Source of the DNA: an uncultured Candidatus Saccharibacteria bacterium | GTDB lineage: Bacteria > Patescibacteriota > Minisyncoccia > Minisyncoccales > GWA2-38-27 | Assembly (NCBI GenBank): GCA_964391095.1 | Contig: CAYMJA010000001.1 | Span: forward strand, 1 to 59,795 | DNA: 59,795 nucleotides | Reading direction: 5' to 3' | Part shown: positions 18,058 to 30,648 of the stretch, in pieces | Position numbering within the stretch: the stretch's first letter is position 1 | How the letters are laid out: each line of letters starts with the position of its first letter | Notes under the pieces: model-generated | Databases searched by the model: none | The model's input: only the letters and a program-made list of their open reading frames with translations | What the model was told of the DNA's origin: nothing | Program-made: the position numbers and the translations under genes

Positions 18058-18079
18058 TTTAAAATGTTATAATTATAGT

Positions 18080-19054
18080 GTGAAAAAAAATAAAAGAGAA
18101 AAACTTATTGTTATCTTGGGACCAACAGCTAGCGGGAAAACCGCGCTTTCTATTAAACTCGCTAAAAATTTTAATGGCGAGATTGTTTCTGCGGATTCAA
18201 GACAAGTCTACAAAGGAATGGATATTGGTACTGGCAAAATAACCAAAAAAGAAATGAAAGGTATCCCCCATTATCTTTTAGGTGTCGCTTCCCCAAAAAG
18301 GAAATTTTCTGTTGCTCAATATCAAAAATTAGCTCAAAGGGCTATAGAGAAAATTCTCAAAAAGCAAAAAATTCCTTTCTTGGTTGGAGGATCCCCTTTT
18401 TATATTTACTCGGTTGTTGAAGGTTGGATTTTTCCGAAAATGAAGCCAAATTGGCAGTTAAGAAAAAAATTAGAAAAACAATCTAAAGAGAAACTTTTTT
18501 CAACTTTGAAAAAACTTGACCCTCAAAGGGCTAAAACCATTGAAAAAGAAAATAAAAGAAGATTAATCCGAGCAATTGAAATTGCCAAAACCCTTGGAAA
18601 GATACCGAAACTTAAAAAAAATCCTCAATTTGATGTTTTAATGCTTGGTATTAAAAAAGACCCTGAAGGGCTTAAAAAATTAATAAGAAAAAGGTTGTTA
18701 AAGAGGTTAAAAACAAGCCCGCCCGCAACGCTTCGCAAGCGAGCTTGCTCGCGTAGCGATGCGGACGGGGGAATGATTAAAGAAGTAGAAACACTTCACA
18801 AAAATAATATTAGTTGGAAAAGATTAGAAGAATTTGGTTTAGAATACCGATACATTGCTTTATACCTTCAGGGAAAATTAGGGAAAGAAGAAATGCTGGA
18901 AAAATTACAAAAAGAAATTGAACATTTCGCTAAAAGACAAATGACCTGGTTTAGGAAAGACAAACGAATTAAGTGGGTAGAAAATTACCAAGAGACAGAA
19001 AAATTAATAAAAGGATTTCTAAAAAAAGGAGGAAGAAAAATTCTTCCTCTTTAA
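18080..19054 (+). CDS. miaA: tRNA dimethylallyltransferase MiaA (GTG start) with in-frame GC-rich insert
   Basis: ILGPTASGKT P-loop, SADSRQVYKGMDIGTGK, FAKRQMTWFR. Confidence 0.93.
   Translation: MKKNKREKLIVILGPTASGKTALSIKLAKNFNGEIVSADSRQVYKGMDIGTGKITKKEMKGIPHYLLGVASPKRKFSVAQYQKLAQRAIEKILKKQKIPFLVGGSPFYIYSVVEGWIFPKMKPNWQLRKKLEKQSKEKLFSTLKKLDPQRAKTIEKENKRRLIRAIEIAKTLGKIPKLKKNPQFDVLMLGIKKDPEGLKKLIRKRLLKRLKTSPPATLRKRACSRSDADGGMIKEVETLHKNNISWKRLEEFGLEYRYIALYLQGKLGKEEMLEKLQKEIEHFAKRQMTWFRKDKRIKWVENYQETEKLIKGFLKKGGRKILPL
18717..18771. repeat. GC-rich palindromic element (core CGCCCGCAACGCTT) in-frame in miaA
   Basis: GCCCGCCCGCAACGCTTCGCAAGCGAGCTTGCTCGCGTAGCGATGCGGACGGGGG. The same core occurs in gyrB and rpsD. 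Confidence 0.9.
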
Positions 19055-19362
19055 GTAGGACCGTTGATTAATTTAAAATAATCTTTCCATCCTACCCAAG
19101 TTATTTTCCGAGATTCAGGAAAAGAAGATTGAACAATTTTTTTAGGGATTAAAATTCTGCCCTTTTTATCAATCCTTACCAACCATAGTTGTCCCATTTG
19201 TTCTGCTGAAAATTGTCTAATCTTTTTTCCCGGATATACTGAAACATCCTTTCCATTTTGAATAATTATTACCCCTACTCCTAAGGCTTTCCTAAATTTG
19301 CTCAGAACGCATACTCTGTTTCTAGAGTCTAAGGTAACATCCCATTGGCCATAGAACAACAT
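19051..19362 (-). CDS. MraZ/AbrB-like small DNA-binding protein (orphan, short)
   Basis: Two DxxGR-like repeats (LDSRNRVCV, IDKKGRILIP), as in MraZ. Strong RBS GAAGGAGG. Confidence 0.55.
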   Translation of the reverse strand: MLFYGQWDVTLDSRNRVCVLSKFRKALGVGVIIIQNGKDVSVYPGKKIRQFSAEQMGQLWLVRIDKKGRILIPKKIVQSSFPESRKITWVGWKDYFKLINGPT

Positions 19363-19493
19363 CTGTCTCGCCTCCTTCAGATAGAGCTGGAACTTCAGCT
19401 GGAATTTTCACGTTAGTATTCTCCTTTCTCCTCAGGTTTTTAATGTACAAGCGTTAGAGATTATATTATATAGCATTGTTTAGCTTTTAGTCA

Positions 19494-19527
19494 ACCCTTC
19501 ACCTTTAATCTGTTAAAGGTGAAGGGT
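19494..19527. repeat. CCCTTCACC-family inverted repeat at the gatB 3' end
   Basis: ACCCTTCACCTTTA-atctgt-TAAAGGTGAAGGGT. The right arm encodes the last residues and the stop of gatB. Confidence 0.9.
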
Positions 19528-21003
19528 CAAGAATTCTTGGATTAAGCGGTTAACTATTTCGGGATTAGCTCTTCCTTTAGTAGCAGCCATTACCTGTCCT
19601 ACTAAAAATTGAAGGGCATTTTTTTTACCTTTTTTATAATCTCCAACTACTTTTTGATTTTTTGAGAGAACATTTTTTATTACTTTTTTAATCTCTTCTT
19701 CATTAGTTAATTGGGTCCAACCCTTTTCTTTAATAATATGGGAAGGGTCAGCGCCTGTTCCGAACATTTCTTCTAAAACTTGTTTTGCTATTTTGCTTGT
19801 TATTTTTCCTTCATAAATTAAAGTAACGAACTCAGCGAAATTCTCCGGAGTGATTAAAAAATCTTCGCCAGAAACCAGGGCCCTCTTAAGTAATCTTTGA
19901 AGGTCGGTGATAATATAATTTGAAGCAAGTTTAATCAATTGATTCTTTTCCTGTTCAGCAATTTTTGTCTTAAATTCAATTACCTTTAGCCAGTTTCTCA
20001 ATTCTGAAACTACTTTTTCAAAATATTCGCCGAGGTCTTTATTTGCGATAAAGATATTAGAACTTTTCTCTTCTAAATTATACTCTCTAACAAACCTTTC
20101 TCTCTTTTGTTGGGGCAACTCAGGGATTTCTGCCCTTATTTCTTGAATAAAATTCTTATCTAAATGAAGAGTTGGTAAATCGGGTTCGGGAAAGTATCTA
20201 TAATCATAAGCTTCTTCTTTTTCTCGCTGGCTAACCGTTGCTTTTTTTATGTCATTCCATCCTCGGGTTTCCTGAACAATCTTTTTGCCGGCATTTAAAA
20301 TTTCTTTTTGTCTTTTGATTTCATAGTTAACTGCCCCTTCTACCGCCCTAAAAGAGTTCAAGTTCTTAATTTCAACTTTGGTTCCTAACTTATCTAAAGT
20401 TTTATTCTCCGGCAAAAGAGAAATATTTACCTCCACACGCAACTGTCCTTTCTCCATATCAGCATCGGAGACACCGAGATATCTTAAAATTAGTTTTAAT
20501 TCTTCAGCAAATTTTCTTGCCTCTTTAGCTGTTCTCAAATCTGGCTCAGTAACTAACTCCATTAAAGGAATACCCGCTCTATTGAAATCAACTAAAGAAT
20601 AATTTTCCCTTTCGGGGTGAATTAATCTTCCAGTGTCTTCTTCAAGATGAACCCTTGTTATGCGAATTTTTCTATTCTCAGTCTGTAAAAAACCATTTTT
20701 ACAAAGAGGTTTATCATATTGAGAAATCTGGTATCCTTTTGGTAGGTCAGGGTAAAAATAATTTTTCCTATCAAATTTTGAATCTTCAGGAATTTGGCAA
20801 TTTAAAGCTAACCCTGTTTTGATTACTTTTCTTACCGCGTCTTTATTAATAACAGGAAGTGTTCCTGGATGTCCAAAACATATTGGGCATATATTAGTAT
20901 TCGGACGATGCTCGTTAGGATCGTTCTTACAAGAACAAAACATTTTACTCCTGGTTTTTAACTCAGTATGTATTTCAAGACCAATAATGGATTGGTAGTT
21001 CAT
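19513..21003 (-). CDS. gatB: Asp/Glu-tRNA amidotransferase subunit B
   Basis: MNYQSIIGLEIHTEL...CPICFGHPGTLP, GatB/YqeY C-terminus. Confidence 0.95.
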   Translation of the reverse strand: MNYQSIIGLEIHTELKTRSKMFCSCKNDPNEHRPNTNICPICFGHPGTLPVINKDAVRKVIKTGLALNCQIPEDSKFDRKNYFYPDLPKGYQISQYDKPLCKNGFLQTENRKIRITRVHLEEDTGRLIHPERENYSLVDFNRAGIPLMELVTEPDLRTAKEARKFAEELKLILRYLGVSDADMEKGQLRVEVNISLLPENKTLDKLGTKVEIKNLNSFRAVEGAVNYEIKRQKEILNAGKKIVQETRGWNDIKKATVSQREKEEAYDYRYFPEPDLPTLHLDKNFIQEIRAEIPELPQQKRERFVREYNLEEKSSNIFIANKDLGEYFEKVVSELRNWLKVIEFKTKIAEQEKNQLIKLASNYIITDLQRLLKRALVSGEDFLITPENFAEFVTLIYEGKITSKIAKQVLEEMFGTGADPSHIIKEKGWTQLTNEEEIKKVIKNVLSKNQKVVGDYKKGKKNALQFLVGQVMAATKGRANPEIVNRLIQEFLTLHL

Positions 21004-21115
21004 AATTTTAGCAGAGGCTCGTCCTCTGCCTAATTTAACGTCGGGTGTTAAACATAGGGTTCTACGCGCCTTATTATATCAAAGTTATTATAAAAAATGA
21101 AAAAGCTCCTAATTG

Positions 21116-21811
21116 TCAGGAGCTTTTTAAGGTCGCGCTTTGACCGTCTTCGTTTATTTCAAAATCATCAAAAACTACCGGTACCCTTTTTTGAACATCT
21201 TTTAAAAGATTTACCATGACTCTTCTTATTTCCCAATGGGCATGAGAATCACACCTCAGTTTAAAAATATGACGCCATTCTCTAAAATTAGCGGTAATTA
21301 CAATTTGAGCTTTTATACCTATTGGCAAAACCTGCCTGGCGTCTTGAGAAACCCAATCTGCCCCCCTTAAACCTCTATACATTTGCTCATTTAAATCCAT
21401 CCAATCCTGAAAAGAAACCTTAATAGTGTTACCATCTGAAAGATTTAATGAAACTAATTTTTCATCTGGATTTTTATCAGGCGGAATTACAACCTGAAAA
21501 TTGCTCTCATCAACATATCTGGTTGATTCTTGAGTATAAGAAGCTAATCTATGACGGACTAACTCATGGGTAAAACCGCGGCAAACATTATTAAACTCAA
21601 CTGTCATACAAGAATGCTCAATTACTGACTCATGCCCTCTTTTCCTAAGCATCTCAACGAATTTTGCTGCTGACTCATCAGTAATCTTATCTCTACTTTG
21701 ATAAGAGGTGCGACCGGCAACCTCAATCAACTGCAAAGGATTTTCCCCTTCCAATCCGGCCATAATTGATAAAATCCGATGAGAGCCTGCGTTTTTTAAA
21801 ATCTCTGCCAT
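21116..21811 (-). CDS. thyX: FAD-dependent thymidylate synthase ThyX
   Basis: ThyX motif RHRLASYTQESTRY. Confidence 0.93.
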   Translation of the reverse strand: MAEILKNAGSHRILSIMAGLEGENPLQLIEVAGRTSYQSRDKITDESAAKFVEMLRKRGHESVIEHSCMTVEFNNVCRGFTHELVRHRLASYTQESTRYVDESNFQVVIPPDKNPDEKLVSLNLSDGNTIKVSFQDWMDLNEQMYRGLRGADWVSQDARQVLPIGIKAQIVITANFREWRHIFKLRCDSHAHWEIRRVMVNLLKDVQKRVPVVFDDFEINEDGQSATLKSS

Positions 21812-21878
21812 TTTAATTCTCCTTTCTTAATTTTAAAAGAACGACCTTTTTTTAATTCTTTTAAATTTTAACATATTT

Positions 21879-22601
21879 TTACAACTTGTACAACTTGTTT
21901 TTAATCGATTTCCAAATCTTCTGATGAATTTCATCGGGAGACAGTAACCTATTGTTTTCTATGCATTCTATAACTTTAAATTCTCTTGGAAATTCTTTAG
22001 CTGTTTCCAAATAAGAACTAAGGGCTCGGGTTAAATGCTTTACATCTTTTTCGTGAATATCTCTTTTTTTCTTTCCCAGATAAGCTTTCCTTTTTTTCTT
22101 TTTTTCTTCATCGGTTATTTTGTGAGCTAATTTTAGAGAAAATTTAGGGGAAGTTTTGAGAATAAAAGTAAAGTTGGGCCTTGGAATTTTAAAAATTTCA
22201 TATTCCAGACAATATAACCATTTTAGAAATTCTTTTCTCTCTCTTTTATTACTTATTTTTCCTCCCTGGTGTCCAATGTTCGAAGCAATATATCTATCAG
22301 AAACAACTACTCTCCCCTCTCCAAGCCACTTCTTTATCTTAAAACTCGCATCATATCTATCGCAAGCATAAAAAACAGAGGCCCGATAAGGACCAACTTC
22401 CTCTGAACTGCCGTATTTACCATTTAGATATTCTTCAACAAGACCAGCCGATTTCTTTCCGTATTGAGGGAAATCTATTTTCATCACCCTATATCTTTCT
22501 TTTCTTAAATGTTTAATCAACAATTTAGTTTGAGTCGATTTACCTGACCCATCAAGTCCCTCAATAACTATAAATTTTCCTGGATGAGAGTTTTTATTCA
22601 T
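21879..22601 (-). CDS. tmk: Thymidylate kinase
   Basis: FIVIEGLDGSGKSTQ P-loop. The ATG at 22601 overlaps the stop of the upstream deaminase (ATGAATAA); the track ORF extends to 22649. Confidence 0.88.
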   Translation of the reverse strand: MNKNSHPGKFIVIEGLDGSGKSTQTKLLIKHLRKERYRVMKIDFPQYGKKSAGLVEEYLNGKYGSSEEVGPYRASVFYACDRYDASFKIKKWLGEGRVVVSDRYIASNIGHQGGKISNKRERKEFLKWLYCLEYEIFKIPRPNFTFILKTSPKFSLKLAHKITDEEKKKKRKAYLGKKKRDIHEKDVKHLTRALSSYLETAKEFPREFKVIECIENNRLLSPDEIHQKIWKSIKNKLYKL

Positions 22602-23127
22602 TTTTATTAGAATCTTGGTTTTGGTCTTCGCCATATTGATGCCGGTCATCTATAATGTCCTTCTCCTGCCAATCTTGAACCCAACCTTTAACATAGAATA
22701 TTTTTATCCCCTTGTCTTTAGTGGAACAAATTATCCTGTTTAAACCGGCGTTAATAATCATTTTTTTGCAGATAAAACAGGGGAAAGCATCAACATCTCT
22801 TTTGTTTTTAGGATTCGATGCATAGATATACATATCACCCCCTAAAAGGCTCACCCCAGCCCTGGCGGCATTGATAATACAATTTTGTTCTGCGTGAACG
22901 CTTCTGCAAAGTTCATATCTCTGACCATGAGGAATTTTTAATTTATCTCTTAGACAATAACCCCTCTCAAGGCTATCTTTTGTTCCCCTGGGGGCTCCAA
23001 TATATCCGGTAGAAATAATCTGATCGTTTCTAACAATAATAGCCCCGGCTTTTAATCTATAACAAGTGCTTCTTTCAGCAACTTCTTTGGCAATATTTAA
23101 ATAATATTCGTCTTTTGAGGGCCTCAT
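22594..23127 (-). CDS. dCMP deaminase (ComEB/Dcd family)
   Basis: HAEQNCI and PCFICKKMI zinc motifs. Confidence 0.9.
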   Translation of the reverse strand: MRPSKDEYYLNIAKEVAERSTCYRLKAGAIIVRNDQIISTGYIGAPRGTKDSLERGYCLRDKLKIPHGQRYELCRSVHAEQNCIINAARAGVSLLGGDMYIYASNPKNKRDVDAFPCFICKKMIINAGLNRIICSTKDKGIKIFYVKGWVQDWQEKDIIDDRHQYGEDQNQDSNKNE

Positions 23128-23555
23128 AAATGCTTCTCTATTTCTATGCCCATATTCTTCGCTGTCCCTTCAATTATTTTCATTGCTTGTTCAATATCCT
23201 TAGTATTCAAATCTGGCATTTTCTTTTGGGCAATTTCTTTTAATTGGGCTTTGGTAATTTTAGCAACTTTAGTTTTATTTGGCACACCCGAACCCTTTTC
23301 AATCCCAGCTGCCTTTTTTAAAAGTTCAGATGCAAGGGGTTGTTTTATTCTAAATTCATAACTGTTGTCCTCATAAATTGTAATTACTACTGAAACAGTA
23401 AAACCTGATTGATTTTTTGTCATGTCATTAAACTCCTGGCAAAACTTAGCAATATTTATTCCATATTGAGCTAAAGTCGGCCCAACTGGTGGAGCTGGAG
23501 TGGCTTTACCTGCCGGGATTTGAAGTTTTACAATAGCTTTAATTTTTTTAGGCAT
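23124..23555 (-). CDS. rplK: 50S ribosomal protein L11
   Basis: [26 protein letters not shown]. Confidence 0.96.
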   Translation of the reverse strand: MPKKIKAIVKLQIPAGKATPAPPVGPTLAQYGINIAKFCQEFNDMTKNQSGFTVSVVITIYEDNSYEFRIKQPLASELLKKAAGIEKGSGVPNKTKVAKITKAQLKEIAQKKMPDLNTKDIEQAMKIIEGTAKNMGIEIEKHL

Positions 23556-23635
23556 GTTATTGTGACTTCGTCACATAATTACTTCGTTCGGTTGAAGAAT
23601 GAAAGCAATCTTTCCTTCTTCTCCCTCACTTGTAA

Positions 23636-24181
23636 TTATAGTTTCTTTATCTGTAATGAGTCCAACTCTATGGGCGTATCTCTACCAAACATATTTATTA
23701 ATACTTTCAATTTTCCTCTTCCTTCATCTATTTTTGAAACTTTTCCATCAAAATCTTTAAAGGGGCCGTCAATAATTTTTACGCTATCTCCTACTTTAAC
23801 CTCAATTTTATATTGAGGCGTTTCCACTTCCACTATTTTCTTCAAGGTCTCAATTTCTTTTCCTGAAACCGGCACTGGTGTAGTCCCTACCCCGACAAAA
23901 CCAGTTACATTGGGAGTGTTTCTGACAATATACCAAGAATCATCAGTTACAATCATTTCAACTAAAACGTAACCAGGATAAATCTTTTCTTCGACCACTT
24001 TTCTTTTGCCATTCTTAATCTTAATTTTTTTCTCTTTTGGTACTAAAACGTTAAAAATCTTATCTCCCATATCAAGAGATTCAACCCTTTGCTTTAGGTT
24101 TTTGGCAACTGCATCTTCATATCCGGAGTAAGTATGGATGACATACCAATTTTTTTGCTGAGGTAAACGTTGCTTAGGCAT
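23636..24181 (-). CDS. nusG: Transcription elongation factor NusG
   Basis: WYVIHTYSGYE NGN domain and KOW motif (GDSVKIIDGPFKDFDGKV). Confidence 0.95.
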   Translation of the reverse strand: MPKQRLPQQKNWYVIHTYSGYEDAVAKNLKQRVESLDMGDKIFNVLVPKEKKIKIKNGKRKVVEEKIYPGYVLVEMIVTDDSWYIVRNTPNVTGFVGVGTTPVPVSGKEIETLKKIVEVETPQYKIEVKVGDSVKIIDGPFKDFDGKVSKIDEGRGKLKVLINMFGRDTPIELDSLQIKKL

Positions 24182-24252
24182 ACGAACGAAGTGAGCACCC
24201 CGCTCTCTAAGCTAAATGAATTTTACATACGCCTAGAGGGCAGGGTTATTCT

Positions 24253-24453
24253 TTACAGAATAAATTTATTCAATATTGTTGTAAAAATGAAATCACAGGC
24301 ACCTAAAAATGCGGCTACCCCTAGAGAAACTCCAATAACAATTGAAGTATATTTTATAGTCTCCTGTCTTGTCGGCCAGTTAACTTTTTTCATTTCCAAC
24401 TTAACTTCTTTGAAGAAGGTACTAATTTTTTTTGGGAGATTACTAATTTTCAT
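24253..24453 (-). CDS. secE: Preprotein translocase subunit SecE
   Basis: FFKEVKLEMKKVNWPTRQE plus a single TM; lies upstream of nusG. Confidence 0.9.
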   Translation of the reverse strand: MKISNLPKKISTFFKEVKLEMKKVNWPTRQETIKYTSIVIGVSLGVAAFLGACDFIFTTILNKFIL

Positions 24454-24494
24454 AATATAGACCCCTCGGCCATTATCTGGCCTACGAGAGTCGA

Positions 24495-24523
24495 ATAATA
24501 GCCAAAAAGAATCTAAATGTCAA
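24495..24523 (-). promoter_or_regulatory. Sigma70-like promoter for secE-nusG-rplK (GGGTTGACA-17-TATTAT)
   Basis: The -35 box immediately follows the arm of the 24523-24608 inverted repeat. Confidence 0.55.
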
Positions 24524-24608
24524 CCCTTCACCTTTCGGTAGTCATTTAGCATGAAATCAAACTCTATCTATTCCTTCATACAGTAAACATTCCCGAAAGG
24601 TGAAGGGT
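24523..24608. repeat. CCCTTCACC-family element: 16-bp perfect inverted repeats flanking 54 nt
   Basis: ACCCTTCACCTTTCGG ... CCGAAAGGTGAAGGGT, with TCAA on both outer flanks. Confidence 0.9.
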
Positions 24609-24615
24609 CAAGATA

Positions 24616-28819
<4,204 letters not shown>

Positions 28820-28854
28820 AACTACTAATCAGCGCGGGAACGGTTCTCGCACTA

Positions 28855-29883
28855 TTAAAACTGTTCTAAAAATCGCAAATCCCCTGAATAAAATAGTCGA
28901 ATGTCATTGATTTTATATTTCATCATAGCTAATCTATCCATTCCTATTCCAAAAGCAAATCCGGGCCAATTTTTAGGATTTATCCCAGCTGCTTTTAAAA
29001 CGTTCGGATGGACCATTCCTGCTCCCATTAATTCTACCCAACCAGTTTGGGCACAAACTTTACAGCCCCTGCCTTTGCAAACCAAACAGCCTATATCTAC
29101 TTCAAAACTTGGTTCGGTAAAAGGGAAAAAGCTGGGTCTCAAACGAATCTTAACTTCCTTCTCAAAAAATCTGGAAAAGAATTCTTCAATAATTGCTTTA
29201 AAGTTGGCTGCTGAAATATCTTTTCCGAGCATCAATCCTTCTAATTGATAAAAATTAATTTCATGAGAAGCATCAGTTGCTTCGTGACGAAAAATCCGTC
29301 CCGGAACAATCATCCTTAAAGGAGGATTGTTCTTTTCCATATATCTTATCTGAACCGGGCTTGTATGGGTCCGTAATAATAACTTTTGACTTTGTGGCTC
29401 TTTGAGCCACAAAGTATCCCAGACATCTCGAGCCGGATGGTCTTTGGGAATGTTTAAGGCGTCAAAATTATACCATTCATTTTCAACTTCCGGTCCCTCA
29501 ATTACTGAAAAACCCATTGCCTCAAAAATTTCCTCAGTTTTTCTTTTGATTAAAGTTAAGGGATGTAAATGACCCAGAGCAGGCTTTTTCCCGGGAACCG
29601 TAACATCAAGCCACTCTTTTGGAAACTTGGAACTCGAAGATTGGAACTTTTCTCTCCCCACCCTAACAGTTTTCTCTATATCTTGTTTAATTTGGTTTGC
29701 CAATTCTCCTCTTTTTTTTCTTTCTTTCTCTGGAAGATCTTTCAAAGACCGTAAAATCTGAGTAATTTCACCTTTTTTACCTAAATATTTCTTAAAGATT
29801 TCATCCAGTTCCTTTAAATCTTTTGCCCTTTTTACCCTTTTCTCAATCTCAATTTTAAGATTTTCTAAATTAATTTTTGTCAT
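28855..29883 (-). CDS. pheS: Phenylalanyl-tRNA synthetase alpha subunit
   Basis: Class II motifs: HPLTLI, FRHEATDASH, GFAFGIGMDRLAM. Confidence 0.96.
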   Translation of the reverse strand: MTKINLENLKIEIEKRVKRAKDLKELDEIFKKYLGKKGEITQILRSLKDLPEKERKKRGELANQIKQDIEKTVRVGREKFQSSSSKFPKEWLDVTVPGKKPALGHLHPLTLIKRKTEEIFEAMGFSVIEGPEVENEWYNFDALNIPKDHPARDVWDTLWLKEPQSQKLLLRTHTSPVQIRYMEKNNPPLRMIVPGRIFRHEATDASHEINFYQLEGLMLGKDISAANFKAIIEEFFSRFFEKEVKIRLRPSFFPFTEPSFEVDIGCLVCKGRGCKVCAQTGWVELMGAGMVHPNVLKAAGINPKNWPGFAFGIGMDRLAMMKYKINDIRLFYSGDLRFLEQF

Positions 29884-29896
29884 GCTTAATTATTTC

Positions 29897-29925
29897 ATTT
29901 TACCTTATTCCTAAACTAAAATCAA
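29897..29925 (-). promoter_or_regulatory. Sigma70-like promoter for pheST (TTGATT-17-TAAAAT)
   Basis: Minus strand reads TTGATTttagtttaggaataaggTAAAAT. Confidence 0.5.
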
Positions 29926-29970
29926 CAAAAATCTGTGGGTAAAGACAAGATTAAAACTATCAGAAATAAA

Positions 29971-30002
29971 TAAAAAAATCGCTAAATATTAAAATTTAGC
30001 GA
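29971..30002 (-). terminator. Rho-independent terminator after the 116-aa ORF
   Basis: TCGCTAAAT/ATTTAGCGA stem followed by T7 on the minus strand. Confidence 0.75.
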
Positions 30003-30039
30003 CTAAGATAAAGCTCCCTTGTTATTTGTGTTACTTTCA

Positions 30040-30390
30040 CTACATCTCTACATATACCTCTTCCGATTGGAAGTTTAATCCTGCTTTGCTTGCCATCTCA
30101 AAAAAATCCTTCTTCAGTTTCGAGCGAGATGAAAATTCCGCAATCACAACTACATTTGTTGAAACACCATTTATGAATGTATCAAGGCCTACCAAGACGC
30201 GGTAACCTTTAGTTTTCATCTCCTCTATTAGGTCTCTAAAGGAAAATTTATAAGCTGAGAGATTAACTTTAGTCGGAAGATCCATATGAGGAAAATCCCT
30301 TTTCAGCTGTGATAGGTCATCTTCGGTTATTACAAGGTCACTTCCTTCCATTAACCCAAACCTTTGGTAAATCAACGACATTTTCTCCAC
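30040..30390 (-). CDS. Hypothetical protein (116 aa)
   Basis: RBS AAAGGAGGTGGAG, own promoter and terminator. No motif recognised. Confidence 0.65.
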   Translation of the reverse strand: MEKMSLIYQRFGLMEGSDLVITEDDLSQLKRDFPHMDLPTKVNLSAYKFSFRDLIEEMKTKGYRVLVGLDTFINGVSTNVVVIAEFSSRSKLKKDFFEMASKAGLNFQSEEVYVEM

Positions 30391-30488
30391 CTCCTTTTCT
30401 ATTCTTTCAATGTTTTCATTTAATTTTTTAATGTGCTTAATTTATAATGCTTAATTTATAATAAATTATGTAAGAAGTCAAATCTTTG

Positions 30489-30562
30489 CGGGGACGATGG
30501 GACTCGAACCCACAACCACTGGATCGACAATCCAGTGCTCTAACCAATTGAGCTACGCCCCC
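30489..30562 (-). tRNA. tRNA-Asp (anticodon GTC)
   Basis: GGGGGCGTAGCTCAATTGGTTAGAGC, anticodon loop TTGTCGA, T-loop TTCGAGT. Confidence 0.9.
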
Positions 30563-30573
30563 TTATCTGTATA

Positions 30574-30647
30574 TGCCGGTGGTGGGACTCGAACCCAACG
30601 ACCTAATGCTTATGAAGCATCCACTCTAACCACTGAGCTACACCGGC
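30574..30647 (-). tRNA. tRNA with CAT anticodon (elongator Met or Ile2), canonical
   Basis: GCCGGTGTAGCTCAGTGGTTAGAG, loop TTCATAA, T-loop TTCGAGT. Position 1:72 is paired and the anticodon stem is not initiator-like. Confidence 0.85.
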
Positions 30648-30648
30648 G

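Noticed and set aside
23583-24195. Inverted CGAACGAAGT motifs flanking nusG (23586-23597 and 24183-24194)
   Set aside because: Only about 10 nt match, the sites are separated by about 600 nt, and there are no supporting copies. This is likely chance or part of the generic C-GAA-G hairpin vocabulary.
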